Shown one piece after another: positions 40,634-49,840 of a stretch of DNA of 64,000 bases. Source of the DNA: a virus. The position numbers and the translations under genes were made by a program. How positions within the stretch are numbered: the stretch's first letter is position 1; the number at the start of each line of letters is the position of its first letter. The DNA lies in IMG/VR virus record IMGVR_UViG_3300042465_007464, positions 1 through 64,000 of that record. One strand, given 5' to 3'. The notes beneath the pieces were generated by a model that did not search any database, was not told the origin of the DNA, and saw nothing but the letters and a program-made list of their open reading frames with translations.

Positions 40634-41154
40634 TAATGTCCTTTATATGCAGGCGAATTATTATTACCACCGCGTCGAATATTTGTTATACCTTGTGGAG
40701 TTTGTCGTGTTGCATGTGCGTCACATACTACAGAAACACTGTAACCATGTTGCGAACCATTTGGCCACGTTTCTGGATTTTTTCCAGCAAAGTATTGATT
40801 CGCATCAACATTGTCTAATTCGTAGTATTCATTATCCCAAAATACAATGTCCCCAACTTCTGGAAAGAAATCTGCAGTTTCTAATGTATCGCGTGACAAC
40901 GCAAATTGTGCTGTACGCGTATATGAATGACCGTAATCATCCATTGTTGCAGTTTTAGTTTCTTTGGTAATCAAACAAGGTATTATGATTGAATCATAAT
41001 ATGATTTAGTTTCGGATTCTCCGTAAATGTTTGAGTTACTAGATTCTACAATTAATTTAAAAAATTCAATTTCAGTATCTACAACCGCATTCATCAATTC
41101 CGAATTGATTGCGGCTAAAAAGCGTGCATCTCTAATCCCTCCAAAAAGTGCCAT
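40633..41154 (-). CDS. Head-tail connector (gp14-like)
   Basis: N.YGES..K.Y and PEVGD.V.W...YYE. Confidence 0.75.
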   Translation of the reverse strand: MALFGGIRDARFLAAINSELMNAVVDTEIEFFKLIVESSNSNIYGESETKSYYDSIIIPCLITKETKTATMDDYGHSYTRTAQFALSRDTLETADFFPEVGDIVFWDNEYYELDNVDANQYFAGKNPETWPNGSQHGYSVSVVCDAHATRQTPQGITNIRRGGNNNSPAYKGH

Positions 41155-41166
41155 ATCTGTTCTCCT

Positions 41167-42390
41167 TTATCCAACATAAATTTTTAATGGAACCTTTGCA
41201 AGAATTTCATTCATCTGAGTTGCTTCTGCATTTTGTCTCGTTAACATTTGTTCTTTTGTGAGTTTATCTAAAAATTCACGAAGTTGTGCAATTAAAGTTT
41301 CTTTTTCACTTTGTCCTTGCGATACTAATTCTGAACCGTTAAGTGTTACTTCTGCTCCTGGTATAGGAACTGATGAATATTTGTTGCGGACAAAGCCTAA
41401 CATTTCTTTTGCAATTGCCGCGCCATATTTAATAATCCACGCACGCCCCATATCATTAATTGTACTGTATGTTTGATACGTGTATGGTATATTTGATGCG
41501 TCACTAACAACATTGTTTACAAGTGCCGTATTACCAAATAACAAGGCATCATTATTTTTTTCATCTTCTAATATGTATTCAACCCAAACTTGTCCGTAGA
41601 ATATACTAGATGCAGAAGAACCTGTACCTGCAGTTGGTATTGGCCAAAATTTAATATCATCACCGTGCAATTCAAATGTGTAATGTGACTTACGTATTTG
41701 ATCGTTAAATTCAATTGCTTGTAGTCTAAACAAATCTGCATGTATTGGCATCATCATGAAACTAATTGATGGCGAAAATCCACCAAAGTTAAATGAATCT
41801 AACAATTGTTGCGAACCTAAACCAGTACCAACAAATGGATCAAAATAACGAACGATTGCTGGAGGTGGATTATGAAGTACTCGTTTAACTTCAATTGCAC
41901 TCCCTGATACGTTTACTCCTGATGCAGATACTGCAGTTTTCAAACTATATGTTTGTTGACCCGGTACCATATCGATTTTGACTTTACGCCATGCAACAGT
42001 ACCACCCGAATCAGCTTCAGTACCATATGCCTTTGAAAGGCGCGTAATATATCCGAATGAATTTCCAACTACATGATCCGTAAAACTAGAACCAGATAAT
42101 GCACCCGTATTAGTTTTTATTCCTAACGTATTCATCAAGTTGTTAACAATATTAACTTGATTAATTTGATTGGAATATTCCATTACCGCAGCTTCAAATG
42201 CTGTATAGAAATTTATAGCCTGGAGTTCAACATCCATTATAGGATAACCTACATGTTGTGCAGCATATTTTGCAAATGAATCTGCATGACGTTGAAACAA
42301 TGGATCACTATCAAAATGACCAAACGGCGTAGATCCTGTTGTAAATGAAGAAGAACCTGACCAAATCGGCTTGTTTTGTGAATAATCCAT
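41167..42390 (-). CDS. Neck protein (gp13-like)
   Basis: G.P..DVEL, WI..Y..A..KE.LG..R.KY..P.PG..V.LNG..L. Confidence 0.85.
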   Translation of the reverse strand: MDYSQNKPIWSGSSSFTTGSTPFGHFDSDPLFQRHADSFAKYAAQHVGYPIMDVELQAINFYTAFEAAVMEYSNQINQVNIVNNLMNTLGIKTNTGALSGSSFTDHVVGNSFGYITRLSKAYGTEADSGGTVAWRKVKIDMVPGQQTYSLKTAVSASGVNVSGSAIEVKRVLHNPPPAIVRYFDPFVGTGLGSQQLLDSFNFGGFSPSISFMMMPIHADLFRLQAIEFNDQIRKSHYTFELHGDDIKFWPIPTAGTGSSASSIFYGQVWVEYILEDEKNNDALLFGNTALVNNVVSDASNIPYTYQTYSTINDMGRAWIIKYGAAIAKEMLGFVRNKYSSVPIPGAEVTLNGSELVSQGQSEKETLIAQLREFLDKLTKEQMLTRQNAEATQMNEILAKVPLKIYVG

Positions 42391-42418
42391 ACGTGTTTCC
42401 TTTTATATATAAATATCG

Positions 42419-43078
42419 TTATTCATTAAGAAGTCGTAAAATTTCATCCAATGAAGCGTGACGATGATTATCTGTTAAAATAATTTCATTCACATACTTT
42501 GAATTTTTTATTTTTGGAACTTCGTGAGTTGCCGAATCATTTTTAAATTTTAAATCTATTTGATGTTTATCGCCACATAAAATCATGATGCTATCTTTAC
42601 CTAAACGAGACAATACCATTTGTAATTGTTGTTTAGTTAAGTTTTGAAATTCGTCTACAATGCAAACTGCATTATCAAAAGTACGTCCTCGAAAGTGTGC
42701 CAATGAAACTAGTTCAATGTTTTCTTCCTTTTCCATTTTATCAAGCAGCTCCGGTTTATTGTAAACTTTACGCATATTGCTTCGAATTGGAACTAACCAT
42801 GGATCCATTTTTTCTTGATATGAACCTGGTAAGAATCCATCATCTTGTGTAGATACTGTAGGCCGCGTTATGATAATTTTGTTTATTCTGCGTTTGAAAA
42901 ACATGTCTAATGCAATTTGTACTGCTAACAATGTTTTTCCCGAACCGGCTTTACCTAATATAAAGTTAAATGGCGTTTCTATTATTTTTGCTTTTGCTTG
43001 TTTTTGTTCTTCTGATAACGTAATTGAATATTTAATTTCAGTTTTTGGTGGAGTTTTCTCCTTGTTTGACGTAGCCAT
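42419..43078 (-). CDS. phoH: PhoH-like ATPase
   Basis: GKAGSGKT, RP.V, GFLPG, RGRTF, DEFQN, RLG and GD..Q.D. Confidence 0.95.
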   Translation of the reverse strand: MATSNKEKTPPKTEIKYSITLSEEQKQAKAKIIETPFNFILGKAGSGKTLLAVQIALDMFFKRRINKIIITRPTVSTQDDGFLPGSYQEKMDPWLVPIRSNMRKVYNKPELLDKMEKEENIELVSLAHFRGRTFDNAVCIVDEFQNLTKQQLQMVLSRLGKDSIMILCGDKHQIDLKFKNDSATHEVPKIKNSKYVNEIILTDNHRHASLDEILRLLNE

Positions 43079-43093
43079 AGTAACCTTTTTTAA

Positions 43094-43369
43094 TTAAACT
43101 AATTTTGTAAGCGTTGTTTCTTGAAGTGTCATATCCTTAACTGTTTCAATTTTACCCATCGATAATCGACGAATTGCTTGAAATGTTTCTCGTGCCGGAT
43201 ATGGTGTCATTACTTTGATAGTAATTAATTCTTTGTCTGGTCCTAAATCTTGTTCGATATGAACCATAAGTACTAAACGTATAGCCCGTATACGATCTAA
43301 TACATCAACCAATCGTCCGTCATAGCGAATGATGGCTTGCATTGAATACTTATTTCTTGGAACTGCCAT
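43094..43369 (-). CDS. Small hypothetical late protein
   Basis: Start MAVPRN at 43369, after the late motif at 43384-43392. Confidence 0.7.
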   Translation of the reverse strand: MAVPRNKYSMQAIIRYDGRLVDVLDRIRAIRLVLMVHIEQDLGPDKELITIKVMTPYPARETFQAIRRLSMGKIETVKDMTLQETTLTKLV

Positions 43370-43401
43370 ATTATTTCTTTTATAATAAATATTCGGACAG
43401 T

Positions 43402-43430
43402 AAAAAAGGGATGACCGGAGCCACCCCTTT
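43402..43430 (-). terminator. Intrinsic terminator after major capsid gene
   Basis: GGGGTGGC-TCCG-GTCATCCC followed by T6. Confidence 0.8.
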
Positions 43431-43479
43431 CTCATTCCTTAATTCCGTAATTGGTTAAGTGATGTTAATCAACTAACTA

Positions 43480-45174
43480 TTAAAGAACGTTAAGACCGTG
43501 TACGTATACTTTTCCGTAGAATTCTGAACGAACAACTTTCTTCGCGTAACGTGTCATAACACCTTTACGTGGAGTGAAGTTAACTGGATCATATACTAAT
43601 GGTGTCATAATCAATGGAATGTATGGACTAAATACAGCACCCGTTTCTAGGAACTGTGCTCCACGGAATCCCATTAAGATTACGTTTTCTAACATGTATG
43701 GGTTTTTGTATACTGTGTAACGGTTATTGATTGAACCAATTTTTTGTACACCTGCCGCAAATTCCATTTTAGTTCCATCTGTGTCAGCAGCAAATCCTGG
43801 GATAGACTCAAGAATAGTTGCAACTGCTGGAGAAGTTACTAGGAAGTTAGCACCACCACGCAATGTTTTTTGGTGGATTTTGTTTGATACTTTTTGTAAT
43901 TTAGTGCCAAGTGTTTGGAACCAACCACCTTGAGTGTTGTAGTATCCATCACCTGAAGTACTAACACCACCACCTGCAGTAGCTTGAGTAAATCCTGAAC
44001 CATTCCAGAAGTTATTGTTCAATGCTGACCAATATTCAACTGTTGGTGCTGCAGCAATCAACATATCTAAGATTTCCAAATCAATTTCCATGGAAACATA
44101 CTCAGAAAGCATTGAAGTTAATTCAGCTTCAGCATCAATTGAATGGTAAGCATTTAAGTCTTGTGCGAACTCTGGAGTCCATACTGCTTTCAACTTACGT
44201 GTTTTAGCAACGATTGGTTCAGATTGCATTTCCAAGTTAATTTCTGGAATGTCAATATCAACACCGGTATTGATACCCGAATTCGCAGATGACCCTCGGA
44301 ATGGGTTAGCATCTTCAAAATCACCACGAGTGATATCAGTTGGTTGTTTGCTATAATTCAATTTGAAGTTTGTTCCTGCACTAATTGCCGTTTGAATAGC
44401 CGTTGCTTGTGCCGTTGTTACAATGAATGATGCAGTGTAATTGCTTGTAATTGTTGAGAATGCCTGAACTGGAATGATTTCGTCACCTGCAGAACCTGAA
44501 GCAAATGTCCAAGAACGAACTGCATATAAATCAGCATCAGTTGGTACATTGATAGTTACTTTTTTATAGCTTGATAATGATGCTGAATATACGCTATCAT
44601 AATTAACAAGGCCAGCATCTGTCAATGTACCAGCACCAGAACCTGTGTTAGCAGATGTGGATGTTAATGCTGCGGATGATGTGTTGTTGATTGAATAACC
44701 GAAACGACCTGCACCGTAAAGACCACCTGCTGCATCTGAACCAGTTGTAGTAACACCAAACATTGAGTCAGTTGCGTTAGGATTACCAAACGGATCACCA
44801 GTTCTGCTGTTGTTATCTGCATCAAATCCTGGTTGAGCCGTACCGTATTTAAAGTCTAAGTAAAAAATTAGACCCGATGGCAAATTCATTGGTTGAACTG
44901 ATACGAATTCTTTTGCTGCAAATTCAGCAAAGATACGACGTACCAATGGAAGAGCTACACCATTCCATTCTTCAGATCCAGCTGTTGTACCTGTTGAAGT
45001 TGCTTCTTTTACTAATTGACGTGCTTGGTTTTCAAGCAATTGCGCCATACCTGCTTTTTCAGTCTCTGTACGAAGACCTTCTAACAAACCTGTTTTCTCC
45101 CATTTATTAACGATAGCTTTTGCTGCGTTTCTTTGGTTGAAATCGTTTGTACTTAATAAATTTGAAATATCCAT
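43480..45174 (-). CDS. Major capsid protein (gp23-like)
   Basis: LLENQ, LVRR, VQPM..PSGLIF, KTRKLKA.WT.E.AQDL.A.H..DAE.EL, PYIPL and TRYA. Confidence 0.98.
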   Translation of the reverse strand: MDISNLLSTNDFNQRNAAKAIVNKWEKTGLLEGLRTETEKAGMAQLLENQARQLVKEATSTGTTAGSEEWNGVALPLVRRIFAEFAAKEFVSVQPMNLPSGLIFYLDFKYGTAQPGFDADNNSRTGDPFGNPNATDSMFGVTTTGSDAAGGLYGAGRFGYSINNTSSAALTSTSANTGSGAGTLTDAGLVNYDSVYSASLSSYKKVTINVPTDADLYAVRSWTFASGSAGDEIIPVQAFSTITSNYTASFIVTTAQATAIQTAISAGTNFKLNYSKQPTDITRGDFEDANPFRGSSANSGINTGVDIDIPEINLEMQSEPIVAKTRKLKAVWTPEFAQDLNAYHSIDAEAELTSMLSEYVSMEIDLEILDMLIAAAPTVEYWSALNNNFWNGSGFTQATAGGGVSTSGDGYYNTQGGWFQTLGTKLQKVSNKIHQKTLRGGANFLVTSPAVATILESIPGFAADTDGTKMEFAAGVQKIGSINNRYTVYKNPYMLENVILMGFRGAQFLETGAVFSPYIPLIMTPLVYDPVNFTPRKGVMTRYAKKVVRSEFYGKVYVHGLNVL

Positions 45175-45196
45175 TTCTTTTTTCCTTTTTTAATTG

Positions 45197-46204
45197 TTAT
45201 AGCAATCCTGCTAATTTTTTCCAACGATTAGCTAATTCAAATCCTTCTGACAATACTTGAGTAGTTTCTTTCTTAGGAGCCGTTGATGCAGCTGGTTTAG
45301 ATGCATATGATTCTTTAACTACGCGTTTTTTAGTTGGACGGTTGAATGATTCAGCCAATGTACTAAATACTAATTTTACTTCTCTTGTGTTACCAGCACG
45401 ATCAAATCCTTCAATCACTTTCATTTTTTGACCTTCTGATAAATCAAAATTGCGGAACAATTTGTTTGTGTAAAGAAGTTTTGCGTTTAGAAGATTTACT
45501 TCGTTGATGATGCTTTTCAATTCTCGAACTGTTTTGTAAGCTTCTTCAAGTTGCTCGTTTGCCATCTTAAGTTCGTCACCATGAGTTCCTTCATGACCAG
45601 CATCTTGCATTTCTTCTAATTCTTCTTCCTCTTCTTCTTCACGTAGAATTGATTCAATGATTTCGTCGATGTTGAAGTCTTCAGCTAATTCGTCATCCTT
45701 AGGCATATCATAACCTTCAGTTGCCATGTCTTCTTCCATGTCTTCTTCTTCATTAAGATCGCCTTCTAATTCACGAATAATCGCTTCAAGATTCAAATCT
45801 TCATTGTACTCGTCAGCCATTTCTTCATCTGATACAGGTGCTTCTTCTTCACCTTCCATTCCAGCTTCAGCTCCTGGCTCTTCTTGAGAAAATATGTCGA
45901 ATTCATCAAATTCTCCGTCATTGTTAACGTCAATTGATAAATCACCAACATCTTCTCCAGCACCCATGTCGCCTTCCATTCCTGCATCCATACCTGCTTC
46001 AGCACCCATGTCCATGTCATCCATAGCTGGTTCTTCTGCTGGCATTTCTTCGTCTTCTACTTCATTTGTTAACTGAGTTGCTAACATTCTTTCAAGACGA
46101 GGAGCGAAAGCTTCTTGTAGTGCAATTTTTGCGTTTGCTAATGCTGTTTCTTTAACGGCACGTGCATCGGCGATTGCTTCTTTTAGCAAATCTGATTTTG
46201 CCAT
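45197..46204 (-). CDS. Prohead scaffolding/core protein (gp22-like)
   Basis: Acidic coiled coil with many (I/L)xE sites; directly upstream of the MCP gene. Confidence 0.8.
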   Translation of the reverse strand: MAKSDLLKEAIADARAVKETALANAKIALQEAFAPRLERMLATQLTNEVEDEEMPAEEPAMDDMDMGAEAGMDAGMEGDMGAGEDVGDLSIDVNNDGEFDEFDIFSQEEPGAEAGMEGEEEAPVSDEEMADEYNEDLNLEAIIRELEGDLNEEEDMEEDMATEGYDMPKDDELAEDFNIDEIIESILREEEEEEELEEMQDAGHEGTHGDELKMANEQLEEAYKTVRELKSIINEVNLLNAKLLYTNKLFRNFDLSEGQKMKVIEGFDRAGNTREVKLVFSTLAESFNRPTKKRVVKESYASKPAASTAPKKETTQVLSEGFELANRWKKLAGLL

Positions 46205-46322
46205 AAGTTTTCTCCTTAAATTTGTTTTTTGGAAATAAGATTATTTGAAATCTTAATAGAATATTTTTATTTTATAGTGACGCTATAATAAGAGTGGAAA
46301 TAGCGTATTCTACAATAAATAT
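46205..46322 (-). promoter_or_regulatory. Late promoter plus structured 5' leader of the scaffold-capsid operon
   Basis: ATATTTATT at 46314-46322; nested stems TAGAATA/TATTCTA and ACGCTAT/ATAGCGT; stem TAAGATT/AATCTTA; then AAGGAG. Confidence 0.55.
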
Positions 46323-46343
46323 AAGCACGTTTAGAAAAACAGT

Positions 46344-46375
46344 AAAAAAGTCCTAACTTTTTTTAGCTAGGACTT
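46344..46375 (-). terminator. Intrinsic terminator after bS21
   Basis: AAGTCCTAGC...GTTAGGAC followed by T6. Confidence 0.75.
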
Positions 46376-46394
46376 AAAATCGGTGTAAGTTGTT

Positions 46395-46640
46395 TTATTT
46401 TGAGTGTTGATCTCGAACCATTTGCATGAATGCAGCTTTAATATTTTGCTGTCTGCGTTGCACACTAGGCTTAATGAATTCTCTGCGATCTTTTGTCGCT
46501 TCAAGCACTCCGGCAGATTTTACTTTGCGTTTCCATGCTTTAAGTGCATGTGCTAAATCTTCTCGTTCTGTTCCTACAACTTGTACTGCTAATGCATTAC
46601 CCGGAACAATTTGTTGATGTTGTTTTTGTTTTTTATTCAT
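46395..46640 (-). CDS. rpsU: Ribosomal protein bS21 (phage-encoded)
   Basis: V.V....L..ALK.WKRKV..AGVL...K.R.EFIKPSV.RR. Confidence 0.9.
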   Translation of the reverse strand: MNKKQKQHQQIVPGNALAVQVVGTEREDLAHALKAWKRKVKSAGVLEATKDRREFIKPSVQRRQQNIKAAFMQMVRDQHSK

Positions 46641-46658
46641 ATAACTTGTTTAATAGTA

Positions 46659-47162
46659 TCAAATAGCTTCTGGTGCCGGTGCTTCTGGTTGTGGACGTTG
46701 TCCTCTTACATTGAAACGAAAATGTTTAATTTCTGGCACTTGTGCAACGTATCCTTGAATCTTTTGTGATTCGCGTCCTGGATCTTCTCCTAAACGAAAA
46801 TAGAAATATCCTACTTTACCTGATTTAGATATGTTTTGTTTAACTATAGTAAATCCTTTTCGTTCTGACCAATCTCGTATATCATTTGCAACGTTTTGTG
46901 CCATTGACGGATCTCGCAATACATATTCAACTCCTCCGCGATAATCTGCAATATGATTAACAAGTTGTGCTTCGTCTATTTCAGATTCATTAGCTGTTAT
47001 TCTAACATTACCACCGGCTTTCTTTGCAGCCACTTGTGCTGCAGTTAATGCATTTTTATCTTTTGCAACAGATGCCGCTATTTCAATATCGTTTGGATTT
47101 TGTTTAGTAGTTTGTTCTGTTATTCCGAAAAATTCTTTATATAATTTTTTTAGTGCATTCAT
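46659..47162 (-). CDS. Hypothetical head-module protein
   Basis: Start MNALKK at 47162; N-terminal L.KE...ITE leader. Confidence 0.7.
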   Translation of the reverse strand: MNALKKLYKEFFGITEQTTKQNPNDIEIAASVAKDKNALTAAQVAAKKAGGNVRITANESEIDEAQLVNHIADYRGGVEYVLRDPSMAQNVANDIRDWSERKGFTIVKQNISKSGKVGYFYFRLGEDPGRESQKIQGYVAQVPEIKHFRFNVRGQRPQPEAPAPEAI

Positions 47163-47174
47163 TTTATTACCTTT

Positions 47175-47203
47175 AATATAAATAAAAAGATTCAAACATC
47201 CAA
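47175..47203 (-). promoter_or_regulatory. Early/middle promoter TTGGAT-N17-TATATT driving the two-gene unit ending in bS21
   Basis: Recurrent motif; overlaps a near-match of the late motif. Confidence 0.55.
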
Positions 47204-47204
47204 A

Positions 47205-47576
47205 TTAATTAACATCGAAGTATTTGTTTAATCCTTGTGCGATATCTTCATATGCTGCACTTAAACGTTGTTGCAACATAGCCATTTCTTTTGCAGTTGC
47301 TTCAAATACTTTGTATGAATCGTTTAGATTTTTCATGTGACGTTTAACTGTTACACTATCAAACCAATCGCCTTTTTCCGTTGCAATTTGTTCTGCTTTG
47401 TTAATGATGTCACGTACATGATCGGTTAATTGATCTAAATCACCTTTTCCATATACCGAATCACTCATTTCAGAAAAACGTTTAACGCGTTCAACGAATG
47501 CAGCTTTTTCTTCTTTAGACAATGGTTTTGGTTGTTCGTCTAACAACGTTTCTAGTATGTATTTTAAATTTCTCAT
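47205..47576 (-). CDS. Hypothetical helical head-module protein
   Basis: Start MRNLKY at 47576; DWFD.V.VKR.MK motif. Confidence 0.7.
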   Translation of the reverse strand: MRNLKYILETLLDEQPKPLSKEEKAAFVERVKRFSEMSDSVYGKGDLDQLTDHVRDIINKAEQIATEKGDWFDSVTVKRHMKNLNDSYKVFEATAKEMAMLQQRLSAAYEDIAQGLNKYFDVN

Positions 47577-47578
47577 CT

Positions 47579-48211
47579 TTAAATTATTCTGCATTTACCG
47601 TCTTCGCATAAAATTGAAGTAATAAGTTCATTTACACGTGCGTATTTGTTTGTTTTAACTGTTTTATCTACTGACTCGTGCATGTGCGTAGGCCGCATAA
47701 AAGCCCCATGCGTTGAAGGATTTGATACAAAGTCCCAACATATCAATTCAAAGTCTTCTTGAACTTCAACCGTACCCTCACTGCGTAATTCTTTTACGGA
47801 ACCTAATCCACGGGATGAAATGCCTAATGTGATACCAGCTTTAAAAAGTTCTTTAAGAATTTTTCCTGACGGAGTTTCTAGTATTTGTACTGCTCCTTTT
47901 AAATCATCACCATCCCACCATATTTTTAGTACATTATGAGATACGTTGTTCAAGTTTACTACGGAAGATTCTGGATGATCCAATTCTCCTAGTGCACGAT
48001 GCTGTTGTATGAATTCTTGTTCATATCGTCTACATTCGCGTTCTAGTATGTTTCTTGGATAGATTCTACCATTTTGATTTTTTGCTCCCGCACGTTGTAA
48101 AACTCCTTGAACTACAAAACCACCAGGTATCCCATATGCAGCCCCACTCGATTCAGTAAGTGAACCAATCGGACGAAATGGCATATATTCTACTATTAGT
48201 TGTTTTGACAT
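47579..48211 (-). CDS. Prohead protease (gp21-like)
   Basis: N.NGR.YP, GELDHP, VSH, TP.G, GISSRG.GS and D.V..PS. Confidence 0.96.
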   Translation of the reverse strand: MSKQLIVEYMPFRPIGSLTESSGAAYGIPGGFVVQGVLQRAGAKNQNGRIYPRNILERECRRYEQEFIQQHRALGELDHPESSVVNLNNVSHNVLKIWWDGDDLKGAVQILETPSGKILKELFKAGITLGISSRGLGSVKELRSEGTVEVQEDFELICWDFVSNPSTHGAFMRPTHMHESVDKTVKTNKYARVNELITSILCEDGKCRII

Positions 48212-48212
48212 A

Positions 48213-48950
48213 TTATTCTCCTAATGCTCTTACGCGTTCCGATATTTTGACTAATCGTTCTGATATTGTTGATAATGCTTTTTTAGTTCGTGCTCCATAT
48301 GAAGATGCAGCTACACCAGATTCTGTTTTTAATCTTGCGTTATGTTTTACTAGTTCATCAATTTCTTGAAGTTTTTTAGCAATTTCTTGAATGGTGCGAT
48401 TCACTTTTTTATCCGGCGATACGTCTTTATCTGCCGTTGCAAATGACCGATAACCTTCAATCAATTCCTCATATTTACGTTCCATAACATCTTCTACTTT
48501 CAAAGCAGATATTTGTTTGCGAACTCCATGTTGTGGTAAATTTCCTATGCGAGTTGTGTTGTCTTCAATATTGTTCGTACCTTCACCATCCGGATAATAT
48601 TTTACCGGAAACTCTTGATCCGATTGCCACCAATATGATGCATCTGGCGAAAAGGGAAACTTATCATTGAAAATTTCTTCATCTGACTCAGGCGCTTGAT
48701 GTCCCGTTGTTTTCCAATCAAATGTCGGTTTAACATTTATAGATTCGTAACGTGCTTCTTTACCTCGCCATTTTCCTGGTTTAGCAAATGCAGCCGGCGT
48801 ATTGAATCCAGCAATGGCACCCGTTACATTTTGTTCGTCAATTTCTTCTTCATCGCAAACACACTTATCCATAGGACGATCACATGCATCGCAATATGAA
48901 TCTTCTATTTCATGGAATCGTTCTTTCATTTCACGTAATATTGACTTCAT
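48213..48950 (-). CDS. Hypothetical head-module protein
   Basis: TP.AF motif and a C-terminal coiled coil; between portal and protease. Confidence 0.7.
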   Translation of the reverse strand: MKSILREMKERFHEIEDSYCDACDRPMDKCVCDEEEIDEQNVTGAIAGFNTPAAFAKPGKWRGKEARYESINVKPTFDWKTTGHQAPESDEEIFNDKFPFSPDASYWWQSDQEFPVKYYPDGEGTNNIEDNTTRIGNLPQHGVRKQISALKVEDVMERKYEELIEGYRSFATADKDVSPDKKVNRTIQEIAKKLQEIDELVKHNARLKTESGVAASSYGARTKKALSTISERLVKISERVRALGE

Positions 48951-49798
48951 TACTTCAACTCTTTCAATTCGCGAACTAAATCAAAGTAACGTAGTAAATT
49001 TAATACGTGCGATTCTTTGATAGTTTTCATAGATTCTACATTGCATAACATTTCCGACAATTTAGTTACTTTGATTTGTGTAGCAGGATCAGTTATAGTT
49101 TTTGCTTGTGTGGCTAAATCTTTTTTGATTTGTGGTATTATAGTTTCAATGTATTCACGCAATGCAGTTGTATCATTAACGTGAGTAATGTATTTATTTA
49201 ATAGACGTTTTTGTGATTCATCTAATACTGAATATTTTTCATTGAATTTATCAACAATAATTTTATATGTTAATAAACGTATTTCTTTGGGTTGTGATTC
49301 AAATGATTCTAATACCGGGTCTTTTTTCGGTGTAGCACGCTCCGTTACAATGCCATGGTCTATAATTACATTTTTACATTCCATTAATTGTTTTGGATTT
49401 GCTGATTCAGCATATTCAAACAACATGTTGATTGATGCTAATACTTTGTAATTAGTAATATGCATCTTTGCCATATCTGTAAAAACGAATTTTTCAGAAA
49501 TCTCTTTTACTAGATTGTATCTTTGACGTTTCAGTACGCTTTGATTTAATTTATCATACGCAGATTTAACCGTACGTATGTAATCTAATGCTTGTGCTTC
49601 GCTTCGGAATTGTTCTTTAACTAATGCGTTATAGAGTTGCAATTCTTTTGATAACTCTGTATTTCGTCCAAAATATTTTTTGATTATATCTATTGTAACA
49701 GATTTGTTTGACGACAACGTTTCTGAAGTTAATTTGCGTACCAACATTTCAAATAGAATGCCGGTATTTTTATACTTCGAGTGTTTCAATTTCTTCAT
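48950..49798 (-). CDS. Conserved hypothetical head-module protein (KHSKYKNTGILFE)
   Basis: Late motif at 49825-49833; follows the portal gene. Confidence 0.75.
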   Translation of the reverse strand: MKKLKHSKYKNTGILFEMLVRKLTSETLSSNKSVTIDIIKKYFGRNTELSKELQLYNALVKEQFRSEAQALDYIRTVKSAYDKLNQSVLKRQRYNLVKEISEKFVFTDMAKMHITNYKVLASINMLFEYAESANPKQLMECKNVIIDHGIVTERATPKKDPVLESFESQPKEIRLLTYKIIVDKFNEKYSVLDESQKRLLNKYITHVNDTTALREYIETIIPQIKKDLATQAKTITDPATQIKVTKLSEMLCNVESMKTIKESHVLNLLRYFDLVRELKELK

Positions 49799-49840
49799 GT
49801 TCTGTACAGTGCCTTGTCTTTAATAATAAATATGTTTTAA

